Source of the DNA: Malacoraja senta
Taxonomy: Eukaryota
DNA length: 64,000 nt
Assembly (NCBI GenBank): GCA_038087875.1
Contig: CM075990.1
Span: 2,978,001-3,042,000, forward strand
Direction of reading: 5' to 3'
Part shown: positions 22,273 to 34,676 of the stretch, piece by piece
Numbering within the stretch: position 1 is the first letter of the stretch
How the letters are laid out: each line of letters opens with the position of its first letter
Notes under the pieces: generated by a model
Told to the model about the DNA's origin: nothing
Database searches by the model: none
What the model saw: only the letters and a program-made list of their open reading frames with translations
Program-made: the position numbers and the translations under genes

Positions 22273-22800
22273 TCATATAGCATGGAAACAGACCCTTCGG
22301 CCAATTTGCCATTACCGACCAACATGCCCCTTCCAAACTAATACCAACAGCCTATGCTTTGGCACATATCCCTCGATACCTACCTTGCCCATGTACCTAT
22401 CTAAATGTTTCTTAAATGTTGTGATATTACCTGCCTCAACTACCTCCTCTGTGTAACCACCCTTTGTGTGAAATCATTACCCTTCAGGTTCCAATTAAAT
22501 CTCCCCCCCCCCCCTCACCTTAAACCTATGTCCTTTGGTTCTTGATTCCCTTTCTCTGGGCAAGAGACTCCGTGCATCTACCCGATGTATTCCTCTCATG
22601 ATTGTATACATCTCTATAATATCATCCCTCATCCTTCTGCGCTCCAAGGAATAGTCCTAGCCTGCTCAACCTCTTCCTCTAGCTCAGACCCCCCCCCCTA
22701 GTCCTGGCAATAAGCTCGTAAATCTTCTTTGTACCCTTTCCAGCTTGAGAACATCGTTCCTGTATCATGGTGCCCAGAACTGAACTCAATACTCTAAATA
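22273..22800 (-). mobile_element. CR1 LINE 3' fragment
   Basis: Reverse complement of the 12935-13455 subfamily. Confidence 0.8.
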
Positions 22801-22919
22801 CGCTTCAGATCAATTGCTGTGTGGTGCAACATCTCCAGGCAAAGATGTTTCATGTCAAGACTGTTTTCCAAACATGACGCACTTTCATAACTACTCTTGG
22901 AAATATTTTAGTTCCGATT

Positions 22920-23243
22920 AGTTTAGATTTAGTTCAGTTTTGTTTCGAGATACAGCGTGGAAACATGCCCTCCGGCCCGCCAGGTCCGTGGCGACCAGCG
23001 ATCCCCGCACATCAACACTATCCTACACGCACTAGGGACAATTTATAACTATACCAAGCCAATTAACCGATAAACCTGTACGTCATCGGGGTGTGGGAGG
23101 AAACCAAAGATCTGGGAGAAAACCCACACAGGTCACAGGGAGAACGTCCAAACTCCATACAGACAAGCGCTTGTAGTTAGGATCAAACCCGGGTCTCTGG
23201 CGCTGTAAGGCAGCAACTCGATCTCTGCGCCACCGTGCCACCA
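22920..23243 (-). mobile_element. HE1/V-SINE-like SINE
   Basis: Reverse copy. Confidence 0.85.
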
Positions 23244-23391
23244 TAAATTAAATCGCCAGAGATCTAAATTCTTAATTGACCAATGGTGTCATTTGATCTC
23301 AATTCAATTAGTAACTAATTTCTCTGATTATTACTTAATATTATTTTATTTTCTCTTTTATTTCTCAATCAATGATAACTAACAATTTTGA

Positions 23392-23606
23392 ACACTAGGA
23401 ACAATTTATATTTCTACCAAGCCAATTAACCTACAAGCCTGTACGTCTTTGGAGTGTGGGGGGAAACGAAAGATCTCGGAGAAAACCCACATGGTCACGG
23501 CGAGAACATGCAAACTCCGTACCAACAAGCACCTCTAGTTGAACCCGGGTCTCTTGCACTGTAAGCACTGTAAGGCAGCATCTCCCCTGCAGTGCCACTG
23601 TGCCGC
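23392..23606 (-). mobile_element. HE1/V-SINE-like SINE, partial
   Basis: Reverse core and head. Confidence 0.75.
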
Positions 23607-23689
23607 ATTTCAAATTTCGTTTGTTGTCCGAGGTACAGTGAAAAGCCCACCATGGCCCAAAATTTGTGAAGATAAAGTACATCTGTGGA

Positions 23690-24295
23690 TGGAGAAACGC
23701 AGCGGGACAGGCAGCATCTCTGGAGAGAAGGAATGGGCGACGTTTCGGGTCGAGACCCTTCTTCAGACTGATGTCAGGGGAGGGGGCAGGACAAAGATAG
23801 AATGTAGGCGGAGACAGTAAGACTAGTGGGGGGAACTGGGAAGGGGGAGGGGATGGAGAGAGAAAGCAAGGGCTATCTGAAGTTAGAGAAGTCAATGTTC
23901 ATACTGCTGGCGTGTAAACTACCCAAGCGAAATATGAGGTGCTGTTCCTCCAATTTGGACAGAGAGGTCAGATTGGGAATGGGAGGGGGAGTTGAAGTGC
24001 TGAGCCACCGGGAGATCAGGTAGGTTAAGATGGACTGAGCGGAGGTGTTCAGTGAAACAATCGCCGAGTCTGCGCTTGGTCTCGCCGAGGTAGAGAAGTT
24101 GCCACCTGGAACAGCGGATACAGTAGATGAGGTTGGAGGAGTTGCAAGTGAACCTCTGCCTCACCTGAAAGAAGAGCCTCGACCCGAAACGTCGCCCATT
24201 CCGTCTCTCTAGAGATGCTGCCTCATCCACTGAGTTACTCCAGCATTTTGTGTCTACCTTCGATTTAAACCAGCATCTGCAGTTGTTTCTTGCAC
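23690..24295 (-). mobile_element. Penelope-like element remnant: GIY-YIG endonuclease fragment, terminal unit and inverted terminal copy
   Basis: ORF 23919-24368 FTCNSSNLIYCIRCSR..LLYLGETKRRLGDCFTEHLRSV....PVAQHFN is a PLE GIY-YIG signature; hammerhead motif on minus 23739-23766; inverted unit on plus from ~24165. Confidence 0.88.
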
Positions 24296-24399
24296 ATATC
24301 TGTGGGTGGGTTGTATTGGACTCTGTTAAGAAAATGCTAAAGAAGAGATAGGCAAACCTGTATTGCATATCAATAAAAATTAATTCAGAATAATAGCAG

Positions 24400-24700
24400 A
24401 GGTCTTCTATTGGGCAGCAAATGTTATATTGATATTCAAAAAGGAAAATAGATTATGCCCCAGAAATTATAATCGAATTAGTTTAAAATTGGGTGCAGGA
24501 AATATTACATCCTTACTGAATGATACAATAGAAATCACCTGGGCTAAAAATAAAATTAGGAATAGACAGCATGGATTTGAAAGGGAGGTTATGCATAACT
24601 AATCTCATTGAATTATTTGACTGCAATAGAAATAAATAAAGTAAAATGGAAGAGTTGCGATATACCTGAAATGTTCTTTGGATTTTTCAAACGTCAGAAG
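24400..24700 (+). mobile_element. Old, highly decayed CR1 RT fragment
   Basis: Remnants of FKKG..., NYRPISL-like and QHGF...SCLTNLIEFF-like motifs. Confidence 0.5.
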
Positions 24701-24780
24701 CATAAGAAAACAAAAGCATGAAAACCTTGGAGTTGTTCACTATGCTGGTCTCTAAATTCCTTCAATTGCTTATTATCTAA

Positions 24781-25095
24781 CGGCGGCACGGTGGCGCAGC
24801 GGTAGAGTTGCTGCCTTACAGCACCAGAGACCCCAGTTCGATCCTGACTACGGGTGCTGCCTGTACGGAGTTTGCACGTTCTCCCCGTGACCCATGTGGG
24901 TTTTCTCTGCGATTTCCGGTTTCCCCCCACACTTCAAAGACGTACAGGTTTGGAGGTTAATTGGCTCGGTATAATTGTAAATTGTCCCTAGTGTGTGTCG
25001 CATAGTGCTAATGTGCGGGGATCGCTGGTTGGCGCGGACTCAATGGGCTGAAGGGCCTGTTTCCATGCTGTATCTCCAAACTAAATTAAACTAAA
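24781..25095 (+). mobile_element. HE1/V-SINE-like SINE, full length
   Basis: GGCGGCACGGTGGCGCAGCGGTAGAG head through (CTAAA)n tail. Confidence 0.88.
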
Positions 25096-26261
25096 ATAGA
25101 GAAAGCATATCTCTGGATGGAGATCCACACATTAAACCACTGGCAGTCTGAAGAAAGGTCTCAACCTGAAAAGTCACCTATCCCTGTTCTCCACAGATGC
25201 TTCCTGACCTGCTGAGTTACTCCAGCACGTTGTATACTTTTGTGTATCAACCAGCATCTACAGTTCTTTATTTCTACAAACTGAGACGAGGTACTGATCA
25301 GAAAAGTCTCAATACCTTAGGTTAATCTTTCTAGAAAATAGGCCTGATTCACCTAAAGGAAATCTTAAAATTTCGCTAAAGTTATTTTATTAGTTGCACT
25401 GAAGATCCTACCATTTGTATGGGAAGACTCATGGCAATAAATGGAGATACTATTAGATCCAATTGATAATGAACTAAAATTCTATGATCAAAAGAGTGGA
25501 ATGCAACTGGAACAGGTTTTTAAGGTTAGTAAGCTGGCATGTACTGTTAAATATTCCTGTCCCTATAAATCATGTTGAATCCTATACCACAGGGAGCAGG
25601 ATAGGTGAGGTTACAGCCAGGTAACATATAAGGGGTATCAAAATACATTGTAATACCAAGGAACTGCGAATGCTGGTTTATACCAAAGAAAGACACCAAA
25701 TGCTGGAGTAACAGCGGGTTAGGCAGCAACTCCGGAGAACATGGATAGGTGATGATTCGGGTCGGGATCTTTCTCCAGATTTCAAATACATGGATTGAAT
25801 TAGGTGAAGAAGATGGTGCTTAACTACTTTATAAATGCCAACACAGCCTCATATACTGAGTACCCTGATTCCGTGCTACAAATCCTACCTAATCCTTTAT
25901 AATTCAATTAGACAATAGGCAATATGTGCAGGAGTAGGCCATTCGGCCCTTCGAGCCAGCACCGCCAGCACAATATAATGGAGTCCTGGCTGAAGAAGGA
26001 TCTCGACCCAAAACGTCACCTATTCCTTTTCTCAAGAGATGCTGTCTGTCCCACTGAGTTACTCTGGCTTTTTGTGTCTATCTTCGGTTTGAACTAGCAT
26101 CTGTAGTTCCTTCCTACACATAATGGAGTCCTCTTTGTTTTAGACAAGAGGTTGGAGCTGTTTGTTTCTTCAGACTACAGACGGTAGTTAAGTGTTTTAT
26201 TGCATGTCCTGGATACACAGAGGTAATAAACAAAGGCATCTATAGATGCATGGATGTACCC

Positions 26262-26740
26262 ATACTGCATCCAATTTTCCTGATGTGGGCTCCTGTACAT
26301 CGGTGAGACCAAACGTAGTCTTGGCGACCGTTTCGCTGAACGTTTATGCTCGGTCCACCTAGGCTTAGGAGATCTCCCGGTTGCTAACCATTTCGACTTC
26401 CCTTCCCATTCCCAAACTGACCTTTCTGTCCTGGGACTCCTCCATTGCCAGAGTGATGCTACACACAAGTTGGGGGAACCGCGCCTCATATTTCACTCGG
26501 GCTGTTTCCAACCTAATGGTACGAACATTGAATTTTAAGCAACTTCATCTTGCACCTCCGCTGACCTCCATCCTTTCTCCTTGCCCCCTTCCTCCACCGT
26601 GGTCATTTTACCAGTTCCACAGTTCTCCACATTGTTTCTCTTGAGATCACACCTTCTCGAGCCAACAATGCCCCTACCAAGCACTGCCCTGCCTGAGGTC
26701 ATCTGTGGCTTCCCCTGAGAGGTGTTGGTCTTCACCCTCC
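26262..26740 (+). mobile_element. Penelope-like GIY-YIG fragment plus 3' region
   Basis: Plus strand encodes CGLLYIGETKRSLGDRFAERLCSV...LPVANHF. Confidence 0.8.
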
Positions 26741-26779
26741 CACTTCCCACCACCTCCCCCCTCCCCCCCCTCCCCCCCA

Positions 26780-27058
26780 GTTTAGTTTGGAGATACAGCG
26801 TGGAAACAGGCCCTTCGGCCCACTGAGTCTGTGCCAACCAGTGATTCCCATACATTAGCACCATCCTACACTTGGGAGAATCTTTACCGAAGCCAATTAA
26901 CATACAAACCTATACGTCTTTGGAGTGTCGGGCACCCGGGGAAAACCCACGCGGTCATGGGGAAAAGGTGCAAACTCCGTACAGACAGCACACATGGTCA
27001 GGATCGAACCCAAGTCTGTGGCGCTGTGAGGCTGCAACTCTACCGCTGTGCCATCATC
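26780..27058 (-). mobile_element. HE1/V-SINE-like SINE
   Basis: Reverse copy. Confidence 0.8.
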
Positions 27059-27507
27059 CCCAGAAGAGCCTCGACCCGAAACGTCACCCATTCATTTTCT
27101 CCAGAGACGCTGCCTGTCCCGCTGAGTTACTCCAGCACTTTGTGTCTATCTCCCATAGAGAATGATGTCACTGCTTCAATCAGGTAACTGAACCATCCTA
27201 CTGCAACCAGTGAGCAGTCCTAAGCTGCTATCTACCTCATCGGGAAGCCGTGGACTATCTTTGATCAGACATTACTGGCTTTACCTTGCACTAAACGTTA
27301 TTCATGTATCTGTACACTGTGGGTGGCTCGATTGTAATCATGTATTGTCTTTCCGCTGACTGGTTAGCATGCAACAAAAGCTTTTCATTGTACCTCGGTA
27401 CACGTGACAATAAACTAAACTGAACTGATGTTGTTCTCATGAAAGAGAGCATCAGCATCAACAAAATATTTTTAACGGGGTTAAATTTGTGCTTTGATCC
27501 AGCTTAC

Positions 27508-27868
27508 CTGTATAAAATCATGAGAGGACTAGATCGGGTAGATGCACAGAGTCTCTTGCCCAGAGTAGGGGAATCGAGGACCAGAGGACGTAGGTTCAAG
27601 GTGAAGGGAAAAAGATTTGATAGGAATTTGAGGGGTAACTTTTTCACACGAACGGTGGTGGGTGTATGGAACAAGCTGCCAGAGGAGGTAGTTGAGGCTG
27701 GGACTATCCCAAAGTTTAAGAAACACTTTGACAGGTACATGTATTGGACAAATTTGGAAGGATATGGACCAAGCGCAGGCAGGTGGGACTAGTGTAGCTG
27801 GGTCATGTTGGCTGGTATGGGCAAGTTGGGCCAAAGGGCCTGTCTCCACACTGTATCACTCTATGACT
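27508..27868 (+). mobile_element. CR1 LINE 3' fragment
   Basis: YKIMRGLDRVDAQSLLPRVGESRTRG...VGVWNKLPEEVVEAG. Confidence 0.88.
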
Positions 27869-27869
27869 C

Positions 27870-28200
27870 GGGCGGCACGGTGGCACAGCGGTAGAGTTGC
27901 TGCCTTACAGCGCTTGCAGCACCAGAGACCCGGGTTCGATCCTGACTACGGGGGCTGTCTGTACGGAGTTTGTATGTTCTCCCCGTGACCGCGTGGGTTG
28001 TCTCCGAGATCTTCGGTTTCTTCCCACACTCCGAAGACGTACAGGTTTGTAGGTTAATTGGCTTGGGTTTGTGTACTTGGTGTAAGTGTAAATTGTCCCT
28101 AGTGTGTGTCGGCTTATGTTAGTGTGCGGGGATCGCTGGTCGGTGCGGATCGAAGGGCCTGTTTCCGTGCCGTATCTCCAAACTAACCTAAATTAAACTA
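27870..28200 (+). mobile_element. HE1/V-SINE-like SINE, full length
   Basis: Head with GGTTCGATCC, core and tail. Confidence 0.88.
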
Positions 28201-28208
28201 GACTCTGA

Positions 28209-28593
28209 AGGGCCTGTCCCACTTACGCCACCTTTATAGTGACTGCAGGCACCCGTGATAGGTTTGCCGAAATTTTTAACATGTTGAAAATTCAGCGGTG
28301 ACCAGAAAGACGTAGCGACTCTTAGGAAACCTCTCACGACCATAGGAGATCTCTCACGACCATACAGGCAACCCCTGGCGACATGTCGCGGGTGACCTCT
28401 CTGGACCATAGGAGACCTCTCACAACCATACAGCCTGTATGGTCGTGAGAGGTCTCCTATGGTTGTGAGAAGTCTCCAAAGAGTCGTAGTGTCTTTCTGA
28501 TCGCCGCTGAATTTTCAACACGTTGAAAATTTCGCCGACCTATCACGGGTGCCGGCAGTCGCCTGTAAAGGTCGCGGAAGTGGGACAGGCCCT
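28209..28593. mobile_element. PIF/Harbinger-like fold-back MITE
   Basis: TIR AGGGCCTGTCCCACTT, long subterminal inverted repeats and internal CTCTCACGACCATA repeats in both orientations. Confidence 0.8.
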
Positions 28594-28619
28594 TGGCTCT
28601 CTTTTTTTTTCCAATTCAA

Positions 28620-29230
28620 ACTCACTCAGAGAAAAAGCTTTTTTATTAATGCCTAATATATCGTCACTTCTTCATTAGTCTTATCGAGGCACATGAGGGG
28701 TTAATTCATGCTGGCACTCTGTGGCTGTATGATACCATACCCTTGTGTTAAAAGCAGGGGAGAATTGATAAGAGTAATGATTTCTCAGCTCTATTTTTGT
28801 GGACCATCAAGCATTTGTATTTTTATATTTTATTTACTGTGTGGCTTATACTCTAAAATAATTAGTCACATTGGGCCATTAAACCTCTGGTAGGAGCCCT
28901 GTAAAATTAATCTGCTTCCCTCTGTAATTCTAAATATTTGCAGCATGCAGTGTCCGGGTCACTGCCTCAATCCTGCATCATGCAATGAGGATCCCATAAT
29001 GATTTATTACCAGCCCTTCTGCACATATTATTACAAAATGAGTTTATTAGTTTTAAATCTAGTGGTAATGCGTTACTGTTTTAAAACCTTCATGCAATTT
29101 TCAGTCAATCAGGCAGGGGTGACATATGCTGGAATCAAACTCTGCACTGAAGGTTTTATTTTGCAGCTTCTAGCTGGATTTCAAACACCAGTGTTTTTAA
29201 TATCTAACTACGCATTTATTTCTGCCTTCT
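28620..29230. promoter_or_regulatory. Candidate conserved non-coding element/enhancer
   Basis: Transposon-free, complex AT-rich sequence with many TAAT/ATTA and TTTAT motifs; conservation not verified. Confidence 0.4.
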
Positions 29231-29290
29231 TCCCTGTGTTCCTCTTATTTATAAGACTGGGTGGGAGTGAGGTTGGGGTGGTAAGTAGAA

Positions 29291-29576
29291 ACAGCGGTAG
29301 AGCTGCTGCCTCACAGCGCCAGAGACCCGGGTTCGATTCCGACTACGGGTGCTGTCTGTGCGGAGTTTGTACGCTCTCCCCGTGACCTGCGTGGGTTCTC
29401 TCCGAGATCTCCGGTTTTCTCCCACACTCCAAAGACGTACAGGTTTGTAGGTTAATTGGCTTGGTATAATTGTAAATTGTCATTAGTGTGTGGGGGATAG
29501 CGTTAGTGTGCAGGGATCGCTGGTCGGTGGGCCAAAGGGCCTGTTTCCACGCTGTATCTCTAAACTAAACTAAACT
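29291..29576 (+). mobile_element. HE1/V-SINE-like SINE
   Basis: Head, core and tail. Confidence 0.85.
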
Positions 29577-30349
29577 GTCTGAAGAAGTCTGAGAAAGCAG
29601 TCTGAAGATGGGTCTGGGCCCGAAATGTTACCCATTCCTTCTCCCCGAGAACGCTGCCTGTCCCGCTGCGTTACTCCAGCTTTTTGTGTCTATCTAAACT
29701 AAACTGCTGGTGGCTGAGGCAGATAGAACGCATTTAAGAGGCTTTTAGATAGACATATGGTCATGTAGGGAATGGAGGGACATGGATTATGCGCAGGTAG
29801 GTAAAAGATGGTCTTGCCATCGTGTTCGGCACAGACATTGTGGGCCGAAGGGCCTGTTCTTGTGCTACACAGTTCTATGTCCTATGTTCTGTAATACGGG
29901 AACAAATATAGTTTCAACTGAGTCAATAAAACTAACAATTCCAAACTCTTATCAATACAAATAAACTGTCCAATAAATCAAAATGTAGAAACAAAGAACT
30001 GCAGATGCTGGTTTATAACAAAAACGGACACAAAGTGCTGGAATAAATCAACGGGTTAGGCAGCATCTCTGGAGAACATGGATACATTACATTTTGGGTC
30101 GAGCGTTCTTCAGACCTGCCTGAAGAAGAGTCTGGACTTGAAACATCATCCATCCATTTTCTGACCTGCTGCCTGACCTGCTGAGTTACTCCAGCACTTT
30201 GTGTCTATCTGGGGGTTGAGAGGGTCGGGGAAGTTCATAGGTTTGGGGGAGGAAGGGTCTCTGTATCCGTAATTTTGGTATTATTGGCATTGGGATATTC
30301 ATACATGGGAAAAATCACATTCATGGCTGGCCCTATCCTTGTTCAATGT

Positions 30350-30642
30350 AAGGGTAGACACAAAATGCTGGAGTAACTCAGCGGGACAGCCAGTATCTTT
30401 GGAAGAAGGAATGGGTGACGTTTCGGGTCGAGACCTTTCTTCAGACTGGTTAGGGATAAGGGAAACAAGAGTCATAGATGATGATGTAGAGAGATAAAGA
30501 ACAACGAATGAAAGATATGCAAAAAAGTTACGATGATAACGGAAACAGGCCATTGTTAGCTGTTTGTTGGGTGAAAATGAGACTTGGGTGGGTGGAGGAA
30601 TATAGAGAGAGGGAATGCCGGGGCTACCTGAAGTTAGAGAAA
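30350..30642 (-). mobile_element. Penelope-like terminal region with hammerhead motif
   Basis: Minus-strand CTGAAGAAAGGTCTCGACCCGAAACGTC at ~30417-30444. Confidence 0.7.
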
Positions 30643-30714
30643 ATGTAAGGACTGTGGCTGATAGTTTTTACTCCTTATTCCAGGTTTCTTCCATCCAAAT
30701 CACTGGACGAGGAC

Positions 30715-31030
30715 AATGGCACAGCGGTAGAGTTGCTGCCTTACAGCGCTTGCAGCCCCAGACACCCAGGTTCGATCCCGACTGCGGGTGCTGTCTGTAC
30801 GGAGTTTGTACGTTCTCAGCGTGACCGCGTGGGTTCTCTCCGAGATCTTCGGTTTCCTCCCACACTCCAAAGACGTCCAGGTTTGTCGGTTAATTGGCTT
30901 GGTATAAATGTAAATTGTCCCTAGTGTGTGTGGGATAGTGCTAATGTGCGGAGATCGCTGGTCGATGTGGACTCGGTTGGGCCGAAGGGCCTGTATCCGC
31001 GCTGTATCTCTAAACTGTACGAAACTAAAT
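30715..31030 (+). mobile_element. HE1/V-SINE-like SINE
   Basis: Head, core and tail. Confidence 0.85.
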
Positions 31031-31250
31031 GCAAGATAAAACTGGTAGCTCAATTGAGAATTAAGTACAGGCCAGGGATCAAGCCATCGTGTGTTTATGG
31101 CTCCATGTAACTAAAGCAGTGATTCCCTAAACAATTACAAATGACTGATTGATTGAAAGATATGGCATAGAAACAGGTCCAACGAGTCCGCACCGACCAA
31201 CTAGTTCACACTAGGTCTACTCCCTACACACAAGGGGTAATTAATGGAAG

Positions 31251-31941
31251 ATAGACACAAAAATCTGGAGTAACTCAGCGGGACAGGCAGCATCTCTGGA
31301 GAGAAGGAATGGGTGACGTTTCGGGTTGAGACCCTTCTTCAGACACCGTACTTCTGTACCTGTGATAACAAAGAACCATTGAGCCTTTGAACCATTGAAC
31401 TTGAGTTCAGAAGAATGAGGGGGGACCTCATTGAAACGTACAGAATAGTGAAAGGCTTGGATAGAGTGGATGTGGAGAGGATATTTCCACTAGTGGGAGA
31501 GTCTAGGACTAGAAGGAGATGAGGAGAAATTTATTTAGTCAGAAGGTGATGAATCTGCGGAATTCTTTGCCACAGGAAAGCTGTGGAGGCCAAGTCAGTG
31601 GATATTTTTAAGGCAGAGATAGATAGATCCTTGATTAGTGCGAGTGTCAGAGGCTATGGGGAGAAGTCAGGAGAATGGGGTGATGAGGGAGAGATGGATC
31701 AGCCATGATTGAATGGCGCAGTAGACTTGATGGGCCAAATGGCATAATTCTTCTCCTATCACGATGAACTTATGAACCTACAAACCTGCACGTCTTTGTG
31801 ATGTGGGAGGAAGCTGGAGCACCTGGAGCAAACTCACACGGTCACAAGTAGAACGTACAAAGGCAGTGGTCAGGATCAAACCCAGGTCACTGCCATTGTG
31901 AAGCAGCAGTTCTACCAGCTGCAGAACACTAAATCTATGCC
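31251..31941 (+). repeat. Composite repeat block, copy 1 (Penelope unit + short tail + CR1 + SINE piece)
   Basis: Same junctions as 33666-34375. Confidence 0.85.
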
Positions 31942-32674
31942 CCTTTTGCATCCACTCCCCCCCACATGCCAAAAACATCCTGATGCACACAACCCACCAA
32001 AACGTTGCTTAAATGACGTCAAAAATGCAATGTTTAAACATGTCGAAACAAAGAACAACAGATGCTGGTTAAAACACAAAGTGCTGGAGTAACTCGTGGA
32101 TCTGCATTTCTGGAGAACATGGAAAAATACACTTCTGTATCTGTATCTTGACATATAATCAGCATCACAGGTTATCGCATACGTTAGGAGAGTCATGTGC
32201 AAATTCGCAATTAAATATTAAAGTGGGCCTTACAAGTCGGCATCTTAATATTGATTGTTTCCCAGCTTGGTCTTGAAGGTCTTGAAGTCAGGTGCAGTAC
32301 GAATGTCATGGTGGAGATGTCATGGGCGTTCTTCAGACTGACTGACGAAGGGTCTTGATCCGAAACATCACCTATCTGTGTTCTCCAGAGATGCTGCCTG
32401 ACCCGCTGAGTTACGCCTGCGCTTTGTGTCCTTGTGTGGAATGTTTCTCAGTCGCAAACTGAACAGTGTTGAAATCAGGCATAGAGTGAATTATTTTAGA
32501 TGCCACTGTGGTAGTGAGCCATGGAGAAAATGAGAGTCATTCCCACCTCGTAATAATGAACAGAGAGGGATGAGCAGCATCAGGCACAATTGGCGCAAAC
32601 TATCATACCCTGAAACACTCAATTTACCTCAGCATTCGACAAGGTCCATCACAACCTTCTCAAAGCAACAAGAA

Positions 32675-32974
32675 TTTAGTTTAGTTTAGAGATACAGCGT
32701 GGAAACAGGCCCTTCGGCCCACCGAGTCCATGCCGACCATCGATAACCCATACACTACATTCTATCCCAGACGCTAGGGACAACTTACATAAGCCAATTA
32801 ACCTACAAACCTGCACGCCTTTGGAATGTGGGAGTAAACCGGAACACCTAGAGAAAACCCACGTGGTCACAGGGAGAACGTGCAAACTCCATAGGGACAG
32901 CACCCAAGTCAGAATCCAACCCGGGTCTCGTGGACTGTAAGGCAGCAACTCTACCGCTGTGCCACTGTGCCGCC
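32675..32974 (-). mobile_element. HE1/V-SINE-like SINE
   Basis: Reverse copy. Confidence 0.85.
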
Positions 32975-33231
32975 ATAGAGGACAGTCAGGAAAGCAATGA
33001 GTCCAATAACAAACGTGAAGAGAGTTCTGACGACATTTCAGGAGAAGGGGAGATGTGATTATCGGGAGGTGGAATAAGGGAACGCTTATGATATGGGATC
33101 AGACACTTACCTCAGAGATGTGTAACATGATCCTCTCAGGCATGCCCATGACCAACTTCTAATTCTTAGAAAAGTGGCCTGGAATTGGATTGTAATATGT
33201 GACCCTGGATCAGGACAATGGCCTGGGCAGA

Positions 33232-33510
33232 ACGGGGGTGCAGCAGTAGAGTTGCTTCCTCACAGCACCGGAGACCCGGGTTCGATCCCGACTACGGGTG
33301 CTGTCTGTACGGAGTTTGTACGTTCTCCCCGTGATCTGCGCGGGTTTACTCCAAAGACATGCAAGTTTGTAGGTTAATTGGCTTCTGTAAAGTTGTAAAT
33401 TGTCCCAAGTGTTTAGGATAATGTTAATGTGCGGGGATCGCTGGTCGGCGCGGATTCAATAGGGTGAAGGGCCTGTTTCCGCGCTGTATCTCTAAACTAA
33501 ACTAAACTAA
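33232..33510 (+). mobile_element. HE1/V-SINE-like SINE
   Basis: Head, shortened core and tail. Confidence 0.8.
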
Positions 33511-33665
33511 ATTCTGTATCACTCTATGGCTCTAACAAGCCATAAGACAACTCTTGCCTCTATTTCTTAGGCTGCGATGTTTGAATAGTGAGCAAACGTC
33601 CCCTGTCTAGACTCTTCTGTGGGAATGGATGGCCATTTTGCCCGGAGCATCAGTGAGTATGTGAG

Positions 33666-34375
33666 ATAGATGCAAAAAGCTGGAGTATCTCAGGCAGCAT
33701 CTCTGGAGAGAAGGAATGGGCGACGTTTCAGGTCGAGATCCTTTTTCAGACACCGTACTTCTGTACCTGTGATAACAAAGAACCATTGAGCCTTTGAACC
33801 ATTGAACTTGAGTTTAGAAGAATGAGGGGGAACCCATTGAAACATACAGAATAGTGAAAGGCTTGGATAGAGTGGATGTGGAGAGGATGTTTCCACTAGT
33901 GGGAGAGTCTAGAACTAGAAGTCATAGCCTCAGAATTTAAGGACGTTCTTGTAGGAAGGAGATGAGGAGAAATTTCTTTAGTCAGAGGGTGATGAATCTG
34001 TGGATTTCTTTGCCACAGACGGCTGTGGAGGCCAAGTCAGTGGATATTTTTCAGGCAGAGATAGATAGATTCTTGATTAGTATGGGTGTCAGAGGCTATG
34101 GGGAGAAGGCAGGAGAATAGGGTGATGAGGGAGAGATGGATCAGCCATGGCACAGTAGACTTGATGGGCAGAATGTCCTAATTCCTCTCCTATCACGATG
34201 AGCTTATGAACCTACAAACCTGCACGTCTTTGTGATGTGGGAGGAAGCTGGAGCACCCGGAGCAAACTCACACGGTCACAAGTAGAACGTACAAAGACAG
34301 TGGACAGGATCAAACCCAGGTCACTGCCATTGTGAAGCAGCAGCACTACCAGCTGCGGCACACTAAATCTATGCC
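33666..34375 (+). repeat. Composite repeat block, copy 2
   Basis: Duplicate of 31251-31941. Confidence 0.85.
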
Positions 34376-34676
34376 GCAAACCATCACCCATTCCTTCTCT
34401 CCGGAGATGCTGCCTGACCCACTGAGTTACTCCACATTTAGTGTCCATCTTCGGCATTGATACCCAGGAACTGATCCATGTCACCACTACATCACCCGAC
34501 CTGTGACCCAGCCACTGTAGATAGCACCATCCACTGACACCCCACATCATTGTCAACAGGGCACTCCCACCCTGTCCCCAGCATGAGGCATCTCCCTTCT
34601 CTTACAAATATTTTTTTCACTGAGGCATTCCCTTGTATGTTTTTTACCGCAGAGATAGCTTTCCACGATCCAATTT

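Noticed and set aside
24781..24860. tRNA-like sequences with A/B boxes at many positions
   Set aside because: All are SINE heads continuing into the shared core; none forms a standalone tRNA gene.
32420..33660. Non-repeat-looking stretches between SINEs
   Set aside because: Probably very old LINE debris; I could not assign a family or find regulatory or coding signal with any confidence.
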